Shown here in pieces: positions 38,855 through 49,121 of a DNA stretch of 64,000 nt. The notes beneath the pieces were generated by a model. It ran no database searches. It was not told the origin of the DNA and saw only the letters and a list, made by a program, of their open reading frames with translations. The DNA comes from Dehalococcoidia bacterium (GTDB lineage: Bacteria > Chloroflexota > Dehalococcoidia > Bin125). The DNA lies in the NCBI GenBank assembly GCA_965220315.1, contig CBDCPP010000002.1, forward strand, positions 45,736 to 109,735, given 5' to 3'. Both the position numbers and the translations under genes were made by a program. Each line of letters begins with the position of its first letter. The stretch's first letter is position 1.

Positions 38855-40786
38855 CTAGAGCCGGACTAGGAATCCCAAGGCACCAGCGGCGGCGATGCCC
38901 AGCACCATGAAGAGCGCGTAGTCAGGGATGCGGCCGGTCACGTGGTATCGCATCCAGGAAGCCCCATAACGCGTGAGGTCAGCGGGGCCGTTGATGCCGG
39001 TGTCGTTAACGACCACGCGGTCGAAGATGGCGACGGCGCGGCCAGCAGGGAGAACAACGCGATCGATGGCGGCCTGATAGAGATCGTCCATATAGAACTT
39101 GTTCTGCACGAGTGCGGTCACGCGGGGGGCAAAGGCCGCGAGGCGCTGCGCTCGCTCGGCCTTGCCCCAGAACAGCCAGAAAGCAGCGCCGATGCCGGCC
39201 AGGGAGGCGACGCCAGTAGCAGCGGCGATCGTGTCATTGAAGTGGAACGCTTCAGGCAACGGGAAGTAGACGTAGTTGTTAATGCCGCCGGGGAATCCAA
39301 GGGCGCGGCCGACTTGATCGAAAGCAAAAAAGCCCACGAGAAGTGTCAATGCTGCGAGGATCACGAGCGGTGCCACCATCAGGAGCGGCGCTTCCCGCGC
39401 GCGCCGGATCATGGCGAGATCCTTGGGCGAGCCGAGGAAGGTGATGATCACGAGCCGGGCCATGTAAAGCGCGGAGAGGAAAGCGGCAAGACCCATCAAG
39501 ATGAGGACCACATCACTCTGGTGGGCATTCACAACCACGAAGATCTCATCCTTCGAGAAGAAGCCGGCTAAGGGTGGAATGCCTGCCAGCGCAAGCGCGC
39601 CGATGGCAAAGGTGAGGGTAGTGACTGGCATGCGCCACCAGAGGCCGCCGAGTTGGCGTGCGTCCTGCTCTTCTGTCATGTGGATCACGGAGCCGGATCC
39701 GAGGAAGAGGAGCGCCTTGAAGAAGGCGTGGGTGAGGAGATGGAAGATCGCCACTCCCACTGCACCGGCGCCGAGCGCCACGAACATGAAGCCGAGTTGG
39801 CTCACAGTGGAATAGGCGAGCACACGCTTGATATCAGTCTGGACGAGGGCGAGGACGCCTGCGAACAGCGCAGTGGTCAGACCGACGGCGGTCACGACCT
39901 GTAGGGCCCCGGGCGTAACATCGAACAGGGGAAGGAGCCGGGCGACGAGATACACGCCCGCGACCACCATGGTGGCCGCATGGATGAGAGCACTGACGGG
40001 TGTAGGGCCTTCCATGGCGTCCGGGAGCCACACGTGGAAGGGAAATTGGGCGCTCTTGCCCATGGCACCGAGGAAGACCATCAAGGTTGCCAAGGTGAGA
40101 TAGCCATCGCTCATGACGGGGGCAAGGTCGTTTGTGCGACCGGCCTGAGCGGCGGCGATGACGTCGCTAATTTGGAAGCTACCGGTGGCGCGCCAAAAGA
40201 GAATGATGCCAATGAGGAGTCCGACATCGCCGAGGCGGGTCGTGACAAAGGCTTTCTTGGCTGCCTCCACTGCCGATCGCTTCTCGTAGTAGAAACCGAT
40301 CAGGAGGAAGGAACAGAGTCCGACACCCTCCCAAGCGACGTAGAGGAGCAGGAAGTTGTCCGCGAGGACCAAAGCGAGCATCGCAGCGACGAAGAGGGAG
40401 TGGGCTGCGAAGTACCACCAGTAGCGCGGTTCCGGCTTGCCGTGGTGCCGCATGTAGGCAACCGAGTAGATCTGCACGAGAAGCGCGACCAGCGTGACGA
40501 CGCCGAGCATGACAAGGGCAATCGAGTCCACGGTGAAACCGATGCGCAGCATGAAGCCCTCGAACTGCAACCAGTCGAAGCCGACGTTGGAGAGGCCGCC
40601 CAAGCCTGCATGGATTGAGTCGAGGTGAGCTTCCAGTACGAAGAAGAAGAGAACGAAGCTGCTGGCGATGGCGGTAATGGAGAGCCAGTCGCCGCCGCGG
40701 GGAAGCCTGTTTCCCAGCGCAAAGAGCAAGATGAAGGCACAGGCGGGGATCGCGGGGATGATCCAGGCGTGGTCAAGCCAGTACAT
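38855..40786 (-). CDS. nuoL: NADH-quinone oxidoreductase subunit L
   Basis: GKSAQFPFHVWLPDAMEGPTPVSALIHAATMV, HAFFKALLFL. Confidence 0.96.
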   Translation of the reverse strand: MYWLDHAWIIPAIPACAFILLFALGNRLPRGGDWLSITAIASSFVLFFFVLEAHLDSIHAGLGGLSNVGFDWLQFEGFMLRIGFTVDSIALVMLGVVTLVALLVQIYSVAYMRHHGKPEPRYWWYFAAHSLFVAAMLALVLADNFLLLYVAWEGVGLCSFLLIGFYYEKRSAVEAAKKAFVTTRLGDVGLLIGIILFWRATGSFQISDVIAAAQAGRTNDLAPVMSDGYLTLATLMVFLGAMGKSAQFPFHVWLPDAMEGPTPVSALIHAATMVVAGVYLVARLLPLFDVTPGALQVVTAVGLTTALFAGVLALVQTDIKRVLAYSTVSQLGFMFVALGAGAVGVAIFHLLTHAFFKALLFLGSGSVIHMTEEQDARQLGGLWWRMPVTTLTFAIGALALAGIPPLAGFFSKDEIFVVVNAHQSDVVLILMGLAAFLSALYMARLVIITFLGSPKDLAMIRRAREAPLLMVAPLVILAALTLLVGFFAFDQVGRALGFPGGINNYVYFPLPEAFHFNDTIAAATGVASLAGIGAAFWLFWGKAERAQRLAAFAPRVTALVQNKFYMDDLYQAAIDRVVLPAGRAVAIFDRVVVNDTGINGPADLTRYGASWMRYHVTGRIPDYALFMVLGIAAAGALGFLVRL

Positions 40787-40821
40787 CTAGGCGCTTGCCC
40801 CACATTGGCGCTGCCGCGTGC

Positions 40822-41139
40822 CTACCATTTGAGCAGGTTCACTTCGTCGACGTTGGCGGTGGCGCGGTTGCGGAAAAGGCGAACGATGATGCCAAGCGCC
40901 AGAGCAACTTCCGCAGCAGCCACCACCACTATGAAGAACGCGAAAATGACGCCAGTGAACATGTTATCGAAAGCGACGCGACCGTAGATCGCAAAAGCCA
41001 CCATGTTGATGCTAACTGCATTCAGCATGAGTTCGACGGACATCAGGATGTTCACAGCGTTGCGACGGGTGAGCACGCCATAGACGCCGATCGAGAAGAG
41101 GATGGCGCTCACTACGAGGACATGCTCAAGAGGCGGCAT
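40822..41139 (-). CDS. nuoK: NADH-quinone oxidoreductase subunit K
   Basis: RRNAVNILMSVELMLN, VAAAEVALAL. Confidence 0.95.
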   Translation of the reverse strand: MPPLEHVLVVSAILFSIGVYGVLTRRNAVNILMSVELMLNAVSINMVAFAIYGRVAFDNMFTGVIFAFFIVVVAAAEVALALGIIVRLFRNRATANVDEVNLLKW

Positions 41140-41642
41140 TACTGCTCTCCTTGGTCAGGTTGGGAGAGGAGAATGGCACCGGCCATAGCGATTACTAAGA
41201 CCACGGAGATCACTTCGAAGGGCACGGCCCAGGCGCTGAAGAGAACATCGCCGATCTCCTGGAAGGGGATCGGCTCAATGTCGTCAGGGTTGGAAGTGGC
41301 CCACTCCGAGGCGACGATCCCACCCACGAAGGCCGCCAGCAAGCCGGCGGCGACGGTGAAGGCGAACGGGCGGTTCTTGCCAAAGAGGGCCTGAGGTCGC
41401 TCCCTAGCGCGCGTCAGCATGAGCGCAAAGAGCACCAACATGATCACGGCGCCGCCGTAGACGACCAGCTGGGCGAGCGCCAGGAACTCGACCGTCAAGA
41501 TCACGTAGACGCCTGCGACGGCACCGAGAGCGAGAATGAGCGCCAGCGCGGAGTGGACAATGTTACGGGCGAGAACCACACCGAGCCCGCTAACGATCAT
41601 GACGAAGGCAATGCAATAGAAGACGATTTCAGTTGCGCTCAC
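41139..41642 (-). CDS. nuoJ: NADH-quinone oxidoreductase subunit J
   Basis: NIVHSAL, QLVVYGGAV, PFEVISV. Confidence 0.93.
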   Translation of the reverse strand: MSATEIVFYCIAFVMIVSGLGVVLARNIVHSALALILALGAVAGVYVILTVEFLALAQLVVYGGAVIMLVLFALMLTRARERPQALFGKNRPFAFTVAAGLLAAFVGGIVASEWATSNPDDIEPIPFQEIGDVLFSAWAVPFEVISVVLVIAMAGAILLSQPDQGEQ

Positions 41643-41652
41643 GCAGCGCTCC

Positions 41653-42861
41653 TTAGTCGCCGCCGACCAAGTCGTGGGTGGTGATCAGCCGCGGCCGCGC
41701 GGGCTGCTTGTTGAGGGAGCGCTCGGCGCCGCGCGATAGCACTCGGGCGCGACCGTAGATAAACCCGAGCAAGAGGAGGAGCAGGGCAAGCGAGGTGATC
41801 CCAATAATCCACTCGCCGCCGCCGTAAGCCAGGATGATGGCGTTGGCGAGCACCTGCACGATGGAGAAGGGCAGCAGCACTTTCCAGGAGAACGCCATCA
41901 GTTGGTCGATGCGCAGACGCGGCAGCACGGCTCGCGACCAGAACAGGATAAAAATGACCGCCGAAGTCTTGGCGATGGTGAGCAGCAACTGTAAGCCGAG
42001 ACCCACGTCCTCTCCGAAGGGGAAGTTCCATCCTCCCAGGAACACGGTTGAGCCGATCACGACGAGCAACAGTAAAGCCGTGTACTCCGCCAGGAAGAAG
42101 AAACTCCAGCGGATGCCGCTGTACTCCACGAAGTAGCCGCCGACAACCTCTGATTCCGCGATGGGCATGTCGAAGGGGGGGCGGTGGAGCTCCGCGAGAG
42201 CACCGATCATGAAGATCGCGAAGCCCAAGGGTTGCAAGAGGATGAAGGGGGTTGTGGTTTGCTCGAGCGCGATGACGTTGAGGTTCACGGCCCCGAAGGC
42301 ACTGCCGCCGTCGGCCGTCAACCGCGCCGCCACTACGAGGATCACCCCCACGCTGACGAGCAGCATCGGTAACTCGTACGAGATGGCCTGGGCGGCCGCC
42401 CGGACGGCTCCAAGAAGCGCGTATTTATTGTCCGAGCCCCAGCCTGCCATCACCACACCCACTAAGTTCAGCCCCAGCACCCCGAAGACGTAGAGAAAAC
42501 CGAGTTCCAAATCTCGGACGATCCAGGTTTCGGTCCAAGGGATGGGGATAAAGACGAGAAAGATGGGGACGAAGGCGAAGTAGGGCGCCAGTTCAAAGAC
42601 CCAGCGGTCGGCCGAGGCAGGACGCACGTCTTCCTTCGTAAGCAGCTTGATTGCGTCGGCGAGCGATTGCAGCATGCCGAAGGGGCCGGTTCGCGTCGGT
42701 CCGACGCGCTGCTGGAAGCGCGCCAAGATCTTGCGTTCCAGGTAGATGAGCGCGAGAGCGTTCACCGTCATCAAGGCCACGATGAACACGATCCGGATCA
42801 GCGCGTCGATCCAGTCCGGCAAGCTCAGGCCAGCGAATTCGCTCAGAACGATCTCTGGCAT
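41653..42861 (-). CDS. nuoH: NADH-quinone oxidoreductase subunit H
   Basis: ERKILARFQQRVGP, AQAISYE, PFDMPIAESE, PRLRIDQ. Confidence 0.95.
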   Translation of the reverse strand: MPEIVLSEFAGLSLPDWIDALIRIVFIVALMTVNALALIYLERKILARFQQRVGPTRTGPFGMLQSLADAIKLLTKEDVRPASADRWVFELAPYFAFVPIFLVFIPIPWTETWIVRDLELGFLYVFGVLGLNLVGVVMAGWGSDNKYALLGAVRAAAQAISYELPMLLVSVGVILVVAARLTADGGSAFGAVNLNVIALEQTTTPFILLQPLGFAIFMIGALAELHRPPFDMPIAESEVVGGYFVEYSGIRWSFFFLAEYTALLLLVVIGSTVFLGGWNFPFGEDVGLGLQLLLTIAKTSAVIFILFWSRAVLPRLRIDQLMAFSWKVLLPFSIVQVLANAIILAYGGGEWIIGITSLALLLLLLGFIYGRARVLSRGAERSLNKQPARPRLITTHDLVGGD

Positions 42862-42976
42862 CGTGTGTCAGGCCCCGCCTCATTCGCCCTTGGGGCGGCT
42901 CGCTCGCTGGAGGCAGGCTACTGGCTCCTACAGGGAAGAGCCAGAGCGCAATATCGAGACGTAGCAGGTTGGCATG

Positions 42977-44128
42977 TTAGCGATCGACTTCGCAGAGCAC
43001 GATGTCGGTGGATCCCAATATGATCACCGCGTCGGCGATGTAGGAGCCCCGAACCTGGTGCCGGAGCGCGCTGAGGTTGTGGAAGCTAGGACTACGGACC
43101 TTCATCCGCCAGGGTTTGTCGGAGCCGTCCGAAACCATATAGATGCCGTACTCGCCGCGCGGGTTCTCTTGGCGCATGTAGATCTCGCCCGGTGGCGGCT
43201 TCAAAACCTTGGGCAGGCCCTCGGCCATGATCGGGCCGCTTGTAGGCATCTGATCAAGAGCTTGCGCAACGATGCGACCCGACTGCCGCATCTCTTCCAT
43301 GCGCACCAGGTAACGATCGTAGACATCGCCCCTCTGACCAGTGGGCACTTCCCAGTCGAAGCGGTCATAAATCGAGTAGGGCTCGTCGACGCGCAGATCG
43401 AGAGGCACGCCGGCGGCGCGCAGCAGCGGTCCGGTGACGCCGTAGCTGATCGCGTCTTCGGCCGACATCAAGCCCACATCCCGGCAGCGCGAGATCATGA
43501 TCTCGTTGTTGGTCATGAGTTCATCCATGTCGGCGATGCCGGTTTCGATCTGCCCGAGCAGCCAACGAATGTCCTCCGCGAAGGTTGGGTAGGGCTCCCA
43601 GGCGAGGCCGCCGACGCGGAAGTAGTTGTACATGAGGCGATCTCCGCAGACGGCCTCGAAGAAGTCTTGGATACGCTCGCGTTCTTTGAAGGCCCAGGTG
43701 AAGGCCGTACCGAAGAAGCCGACATCGGTGCCGAAGGCACCCAGGAACATGAAGTGCGAGAGGATACGATTGAGTTCGGCAAGGATAAGGCGAACATACT
43801 CAGCGCGCTCGGGTGCTTCGATACCAGCCAGCCGCTCGATGGCGTTGCAGTAGACCCACTCGTTGTTGAAAGCGGCGAGGTAGTCGGTGCGATCTTGGTA
43901 TCCCAACGCGCCGCGGTAGTCGAGGTTCTCGGTGAGCTTCTCACCACCACGGTGCATGTAGCCGATGTAGGAGGTGACGTCTTTCACTTGCTCGCCGTCA
44001 ACGGTGAGGACCATGCGAAAGACGCCGTGGGTCGAAGGATGCTGGGGACCCATGTTGATGTTCATATCGACCGTGTCGAATTCTTCTTCGACGACGACCG
44101 GCTCGATGGTGACCGGCGCCTGTGTCAT
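42977..44128 (-). CDS. nuoD: NADH-quinone oxidoreductase subunit D
   Basis: NMGPQHPSTHGVFR, GYMHRG, EVDR C-terminus. Confidence 0.95.
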   Translation of the reverse strand: MTQAPVTIEPVVVEEEFDTVDMNINMGPQHPSTHGVFRMVLTVDGEQVKDVTSYIGYMHRGGEKLTENLDYRGALGYQDRTDYLAAFNNEWVYCNAIERLAGIEAPERAEYVRLILAELNRILSHFMFLGAFGTDVGFFGTAFTWAFKERERIQDFFEAVCGDRLMYNYFRVGGLAWEPYPTFAEDIRWLLGQIETGIADMDELMTNNEIMISRCRDVGLMSAEDAISYGVTGPLLRAAGVPLDLRVDEPYSIYDRFDWEVPTGQRGDVYDRYLVRMEEMRQSGRIVAQALDQMPTSGPIMAEGLPKVLKPPPGEIYMRQENPRGEYGIYMVSDGSDKPWRMKVRSPSFHNLSALRHQVRGSYIADAVIILGSTDIVLCEVDR

Positions 44129-45163
44129 CTAGCCACCTCTTTTCGCTTTCTCCGCCCGCGCCTTCGCTGCTAGCTCCCGCGCCTTCTTAACGCGCTCCGC
44201 CTGGGCAGCTTTCTTCTGGGCCAACTCTTCGGGGGCGAGGTCGGTAGCGGCTTTCTTTTCGGCGGGCGAGGGGGTAGCAGGAGCTTCGGGCGGAGCCGCC
44301 GGCTTCGCTTCAACGGGAGCGGCGGACGCTTCCGTCTTCGCTGCGACTGGTGCGCCTCCGCTCGCCTTCGCCTCACGCGCCGCAGCGGCGAGCGCGCGTG
44401 CTTTCTTGACGCGTTCCGCCTGAGCAGCTTTCTTTTGGGCCAACTCTTCGGGTGTCAGCTCCTGCGACGGTTTCTCTTCGGCAGGAGCACCCGCCGCGGC
44501 CTTCTTCTTCGCATCGGCGATCCGTTGCGCGCGCTCATCATCGGCTTCGGTGTCATCTTTCCGCACGGGCGGTGCTTCGCGCGGATGCTCCTTGGTGAAG
44601 TATTCAACGTCGACGCCCTGCTTCACTTCGATCGGTGCAAGGGGATGGCTCTTGCGAAGCACGGGGAGGTCGAAGTCTTCATCGAGGAGGAGGTTGCGGG
44701 GGTCCGGGTGGCCTTCGAATTCGATGCCGAACATTTCACGGCATTCGCGCTCGGCCCAGTCGGCCATTCGCCAGAGGTCGGAAACAGTGGGAAGCGAAGG
44801 TTTCTCGGAGGGAACCCAGGTCTTGATTGTGATGGAGTGGCGCAGTGAGGTGGAGTAGAGGTGATAGACCACCTCGAGACCCTGGTCGGTCCAGTCGACC
44901 GCAGTCTGGTTACGCAAGAGATCCATCTGCAGCTTGGGATGCTCACGGCTGACGCGCAGTGCTTCGCGCAGCTGCGCAGCGGGAACCGTGAGCGCAACAT
45001 CCCACTTCGTTTGCTCAGCCTCAAAGGTGATCGAGGCGGGCAAGGCGCCGCGGTAGATGTCGGCGATGCCGCCTGGCGGCGGAGGTTCCTTGAGCCGCTC
45101 AGCTTTTTCGGCGCGCTTGCCCTTCGGCGTGGCCTTGGCTTTGGGTTCCGTGCCGCTCGTCAT
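44129..45163 (-). CDS. nuoC: NADH-quinone oxidoreductase subunit C with long Lys/Ala-rich C-terminal extension
   Basis: [19 protein letters not shown], then roughly 150 aa of low-complexity repeated tail. Confidence 0.9.
   Translation of the reverse strand: MTSGTEPKAKATPKGKRAEKAERLKEPPPPGGIADIYRGALPASITFEAEQTKWDVALTVPAAQLREALRVSREHPKLQMDLLRNQTAVDWTDQGLEVVYHLYSTSLRHSITIKTWVPSEKPSLPTVSDLWRMADWAERECREMFGIEFEGHPDPRNLLLDEDFDLPVLRKSHPLAPIEVKQGVDVEYFTKEHPREAPPVRKDDTEADDERAQRIADAKKKAAAGAPAEEKPSQELTPEELAQKKAAQAERVKKARALAAAAREAKASGGAPVAAKTEASAAPVEAKPAAPPEAPATPSPAEKKAATDLAPEELAQKKAAQAERVKKARELAAKARAEKAKRGG
44184..44458. repeat. Two ~55-bp direct repeats in the nuoC tail, 219 bp apart
   Basis: Both encode [19 protein letters not shown]. 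Confidence 0.85.
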
Positions 45164-45723
45164 GCGCCCGCCGCCCGGTCCTCCATGATCTTTTCTTGAA
45201 GGGCGAGGAGGCCGTCCATCAGGGATTCGGGGCGCGGGGGGCAGCCCGGCACGTAAACATCAACAGGAATGATGTTGTCGGTGCCTTGGAGCACGCGGTC
45301 GTATTGAGTGTAGGGGCCGCCGTTGGTAGCACAGGCACCCATAGCAATGACCCACTTGGGATGGGGCATCTGCTCATAGAGAAGCTTCACGGCCGGAGCC
45401 ATTTTTTTGGTCACGGTACCGGCGACGATCATGACATCGCTTTGGCGCGGGGAGGGCCAGGGGACGATCCCCATGCGATCGAGGTCATGGTTGGACATAT
45501 AGGTCGCGATCATCTCGATAGCGCAGCAGGCGAGGCCGAAGGTCATGGGCCACAGCGACGATTTCCGCGCGGCGGCAATGATCGCATCAGCGGGTACCTG
45601 CATTACGCCGGGCAGGATTTCCTTGTAAAGGATCTGCGGCCGCTCGGCGTCGGAAGGAAAAAGGCGCAGCGCTTCAGGAGCTGTCGAGGGTGAGATCAGT
45701 TCGCCGGGGTCCGCTTGGGCCAT
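45160..45723 (-). CDS. nuoB: NADH-quinone oxidoreductase subunit B
   Basis: [25 protein letters not shown]. Confidence 0.95.
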   Translation of the reverse strand: MAQADPGELISPSTAPEALRLFPSDAERPQILYKEILPGVMQVPADAIIAAARKSSLWPMTFGLACCAIEMIATYMSNHDLDRMGIVPWPSPRQSDVMIVAGTVTKKMAPAVKLLYEQMPHPKWVIAMGACATNGGPYTQYDRVLQGTDNIIPVDVYVPGCPPRPESLMDGLLALQEKIMEDRAAGA

Positions 45724-46091
45724 TCCAGCACGCCTTTCCGCCAAGCATACCCGAGCGCGAGCCCGAGGATGCCGATGAACAGCACCATCTCCCAGAGCAC
45801 GAATTTGCCCAGCTCACCGCCGAGGCCCAGGAAGGAGACGGCCCACGGGAAGAGAAAGATGATCTCGACATCAAAAACGAGGAAGAGGATCGCAAAGACA
45901 TAGTAGCGCACGTGGACTTGGGCCCAGTTGCGGCCGATGGGAAGCATGCCGCACTCGTAAACCTGGCCCTTGAGCTTTGTGCGGCGTTTAGGCGCGAGAA
46001 GTTGGGTGACGACGAGGCCATTGAGGACGAGAAAGGCACCGACCGGGATGGCGATGAGTACGGCCCCATAGTTCTCGAGCAGCTGCTCCAC
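45696..46091 (-). CDS. nuoA: NADH-quinone oxidoreductase subunit A
   Basis: [19 protein letters not shown]. Confidence 0.95.
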   Translation of the reverse strand: MEQLLENYGAVLIAIPVGAFLVLNGLVVTQLLAPKRRTKLKGQVYECGMLPIGRNWAQVHVRYYVFAILFLVFDVEIIFLFPWAVSFLGLGGELGKFVLWEMVLFIGILGLALGYAWRKGVLEWPKRTPAN

Positions 46092-46167
46092 GAGACCCTC
46101 ACTGATGATCTTGGTAATGCGACTCGGCCGCGCAGAACCCAGCCGGAGTCACCTTCGCTCTGCCGCG

Positions 46168-46196
46168 ATCGTACGGAGGGCCTCGGGGGGTGTCAA
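46168..46196 (-). promoter_or_regulatory. sigma70 promoter of the nuo operon
   Basis: Minus strand TTGACA-N17-TACGAT. Confidence 0.75.
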
Positions 46197-46214
46197 CGAA
46201 ACGGTCCAGGGAAA

Positions 46215-49022
46215 CTAGCTGAGTTCCACCAGACGCGCGCGCAGGCCATCCAAGCGCCCAACGATCGAGGCGTATCTCTCCTCTTCACGGGTCACCACGG
46301 CAGCGGGAGCCTTGCTGCGGAAACCTTGATTGGCGAGTTTGCCCTTGATCCGGCGCAAGTGACTCTCGCTTTCCTCGATCTCGCGCGCGAGTCGCGCGCG
46401 CTCCGCCGAGAGGTCGACCAGTCCTCCCAAAGGAAAAACAATCTCCGTGCGCGTCAGAATGCGCGTGATCACCTGGTCGCCGGGCGCTTGCGCTCGCGAC
46501 GCGACGACATGGAGCGGGCGAACTCGAGCCAGGAGTTCGATGACCGGCGCGCGTGCGTCCAGTGCGGCGCCACCAGCCTCACTCACGACGTAGGCTTCGA
46601 TCCAGCGCGCCGCCTCAACCTGCTTCTCGGCGCGGACCGTCCGGATAGCGCGAACCACTTCCTGCAGCTCTTCGAAGGACTGCTCCGCTTCTTCATCGAT
46701 CCAGCGATCTTGGGGTTGTGGGAAGGGGGCCGAGATGAGCACCGCCACCTCCGTCGCGGACAGATAGCGCCGCAGTTCCTGCCAGATCGCTTCGGTGACG
46801 AAAGGCATATAGGGGTGCAGCAGGCGCAGGGCCTGGTCAAGCACATGCACGAGAATAGGAAGCGGGGAGGTGTCCCCTGCACGCAGCCGCACTTTGCTCG
46901 CTTCGACGTACCAGTCGAAGTACTCGTTCCAAAGGAAGTCGTGGATCTGCCGACCTGCCTCGCCAAGCTGAAAGTCGGTTAGCAGGCCGTCGACGGTCAA
47001 GGCGACTCGCTGGAAACGGGAAAGGATCCAGCGGTCCTCAGGCTGCAAGGCTCCAGTGGGCTCGGGGAGGCCGATCGTCCTTTCGCCGATCTCACCCAAC
47101 ACGAAGCGAGCACCGTTCCAGAGTTTGTTGGCGAAGTTGCGCCCGGCCTCGAGGCGGTCCTCGGTGAGGCGCATGTCATTACCGGGAGTCGAGCCGGTGG
47201 CCAGGGTGAAGCGGAGCGCGTCCATGCCATAGCGCTCGCCCGCAACGAGCGGGTCGACGGCGTTGCCGAGGCTCTTGCTCATCTTGCGGCCTTGAGCATC
47301 GCGGACGAGACCATGCAGGTAGACGGTTTGGAACGGTCCGACGCCGTTCATGTTGTGGCAAGAGAGCATTACCATGCGCGCAACCCAGAAGAAGAGGATG
47401 TCGTAGCCGGTCTCCATGACGGCGCCGGGATAGAAGCGACCCAGGTCGGCGGTGTCGTCCGGCCAGCCGAGCGTCGAATGTGGCCAGAGGCCGCTGCTGA
47501 ACCATGTGTCGAGCACATCCGGGTCCTGAATGAGAGGGCCCTGGCCACACTGTTCGCAATCCGACGGTGCAGGCGTATCCCTACGGACAATAGGCGTCAC
47601 GCTCTCGCCGATTGCCACCTCCTGCGCCTGTTCGGCGATCGCCGCGAGGTCGTGCCCAGCAGCGATCCACTCGGCTACCGTCGCCGCAGAGGCAGGTTTG
47701 AGGGCGACGGTGATGCGGTCGGCGTTGCAGCGCAAGCAGTACCAGACGGGGATGCGGTGTCCCCACCAGAGCTGCCGGCTGATGCACCAGGGCCGGATAT
47801 TCTCGAGCCACTGCAAGTAGACCTTGGCGAAGCGCGGCGGCACGATCCGCATCTCGCCGCTTTGGAATACCGCGGCCGCCTTGGCGGCCATCTCGTCCAC
47901 ATCGACGAACCACTGATCGCTGATCAGTGGCTCGACGACGGTGGCGCAGCGCTGGCAATGGCCGACGCTGTGCAGATGATCTTCGCGCCTGAGAAGGAGC
48001 CCAGCTGCTTCCAGATCGGCCGCCGCGCGCTCGCGAGCTTCGGCGCGATCGAGGCCTGCATAGGGACCAGCCGCATCGGTCATCCTGCCGTCCCAAGCGA
48101 TGGCGCGGATGGCAGTAAGGGCATGGCGAGCACCGATCTCGAAGTCGAGAGGATCGTGCCCGGGAGTGATCTTTAGCGCGCCTGTGCCGAACTCGATCTC
48201 GACGGCGCCATCAGCGACAACAGGCAGGGAGCGGTCGAAGCCGGGGAGGGGAAGCCGGACTTTGGTGCCGACAAGCGGCAACCACCGCTCGTCGTCGGGA
48301 TGCACGGCAACCGCCACGTCCGCGACGATCGTCTCGGGCCGGGTGGTCGCGATAACAACGCCCTCGCCCCCGTTTGCGGCGGGATAGCGCACGTACCAGA
48401 GCGAGCCTTGCTCGTCCGCATAGTCGACCTCAAGGTCCGAGAGTGCGGTCTGGCAGCGCGGACACCAGTTAATAATGCGGTGGCCACGGTAGATCTTGCC
48501 TTTTTCATAGAGGTCGACGAAGGTCGCCCGCACGGCGCGTTGCGGCCCTTCGTCCAGCGTGAAGACCATGCGCGACCAATCGCAGCTGGCGCCCAGAAGC
48601 CGCAGTTGCTCTTCGATACGGCCGCGGTAGCGTCCAACCCAATCCCAGACGCGCTCAAGGAAGGCTTCACGGCCGAGGTCGTGGCGCGAAAGTCCTTCGC
48701 GCGCTAGTTCCGCCTCGACCACGTTTTGGGTCGCGATACCAGCGTGGTCGAGGCCGGGGAGCCAAAGAGTGGGGTGGCCGCGCATGCGACGCCAGCGGCA
48801 GAGCACGTCCTCGATCGTGGTCGTGAGAGCGTGTCCCAGATGCAGCGCGCCGGTCACATTGGGGGGCGGCATGATGACCGCGAAAGGGTCACGACCAGGA
48901 TCACCAGCGGGTTGGAAGGCGCCGCTCTCTTCCCAGAGCGCATACATACGCCCCTCGACAGTAGCGGGCTGATAGGTCTTGGGCAGAGGGGCAGCGGCCT
49001 CGGTCACGGGCAGATCGCTCAC
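46215..49022 (-). CDS. valS: Valine--tRNA ligase
   Basis: PPPNVTGALHLGH, WCISRQLWWGH, DTWFSS, KMSKS, C-terminal coiled coil. Confidence 0.97.
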   Translation of the reverse strand: MSDLPVTEAAAPLPKTYQPATVEGRMYALWEESGAFQPAGDPGRDPFAVIMPPPNVTGALHLGHALTTTIEDVLCRWRRMRGHPTLWLPGLDHAGIATQNVVEAELAREGLSRHDLGREAFLERVWDWVGRYRGRIEEQLRLLGASCDWSRMVFTLDEGPQRAVRATFVDLYEKGKIYRGHRIINWCPRCQTALSDLEVDYADEQGSLWYVRYPAANGGEGVVIATTRPETIVADVAVAVHPDDERWLPLVGTKVRLPLPGFDRSLPVVADGAVEIEFGTGALKITPGHDPLDFEIGARHALTAIRAIAWDGRMTDAAGPYAGLDRAEARERAAADLEAAGLLLRREDHLHSVGHCQRCATVVEPLISDQWFVDVDEMAAKAAAVFQSGEMRIVPPRFAKVYLQWLENIRPWCISRQLWWGHRIPVWYCLRCNADRITVALKPASAATVAEWIAAGHDLAAIAEQAQEVAIGESVTPIVRRDTPAPSDCEQCGQGPLIQDPDVLDTWFSSGLWPHSTLGWPDDTADLGRFYPGAVMETGYDILFFWVARMVMLSCHNMNGVGPFQTVYLHGLVRDAQGRKMSKSLGNAVDPLVAGERYGMDALRFTLATGSTPGNDMRLTEDRLEAGRNFANKLWNGARFVLGEIGERTIGLPEPTGALQPEDRWILSRFQRVALTVDGLLTDFQLGEAGRQIHDFLWNEYFDWYVEASKVRLRAGDTSPLPILVHVLDQALRLLHPYMPFVTEAIWQELRRYLSATEVAVLISAPFPQPQDRWIDEEAEQSFEELQEVVRAIRTVRAEKQVEAARWIEAYVVSEAGGAALDARAPVIELLARVRPLHVVASRAQAPGDQVITRILTRTEIVFPLGGLVDLSAERARLAREIEESESHLRRIKGKLANQGFRSKAPAAVVTREEERYASIVGRLDGLRARLVELS

Positions 49023-49121
49023 GACATCAGTAGGTCGGACTTGAGGGTTCCAGGCTATGGCGCGGAAAAAACGCGCGCAATGAAACTATGCAGGAATGCA
49101 ACATGGAGAGCCAGAGAAATT

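Noticed and set aside
42977-44128. NuoD as a group 4 NiFe-hydrogenase large subunit
   Set aside because: No N- or C-terminal CxxC Ni-binding motifs; the quinone-site HPSTHG is present
49023-49121. T-box leader for valS
   Set aside because: The gap is too short and has no T-box consensus
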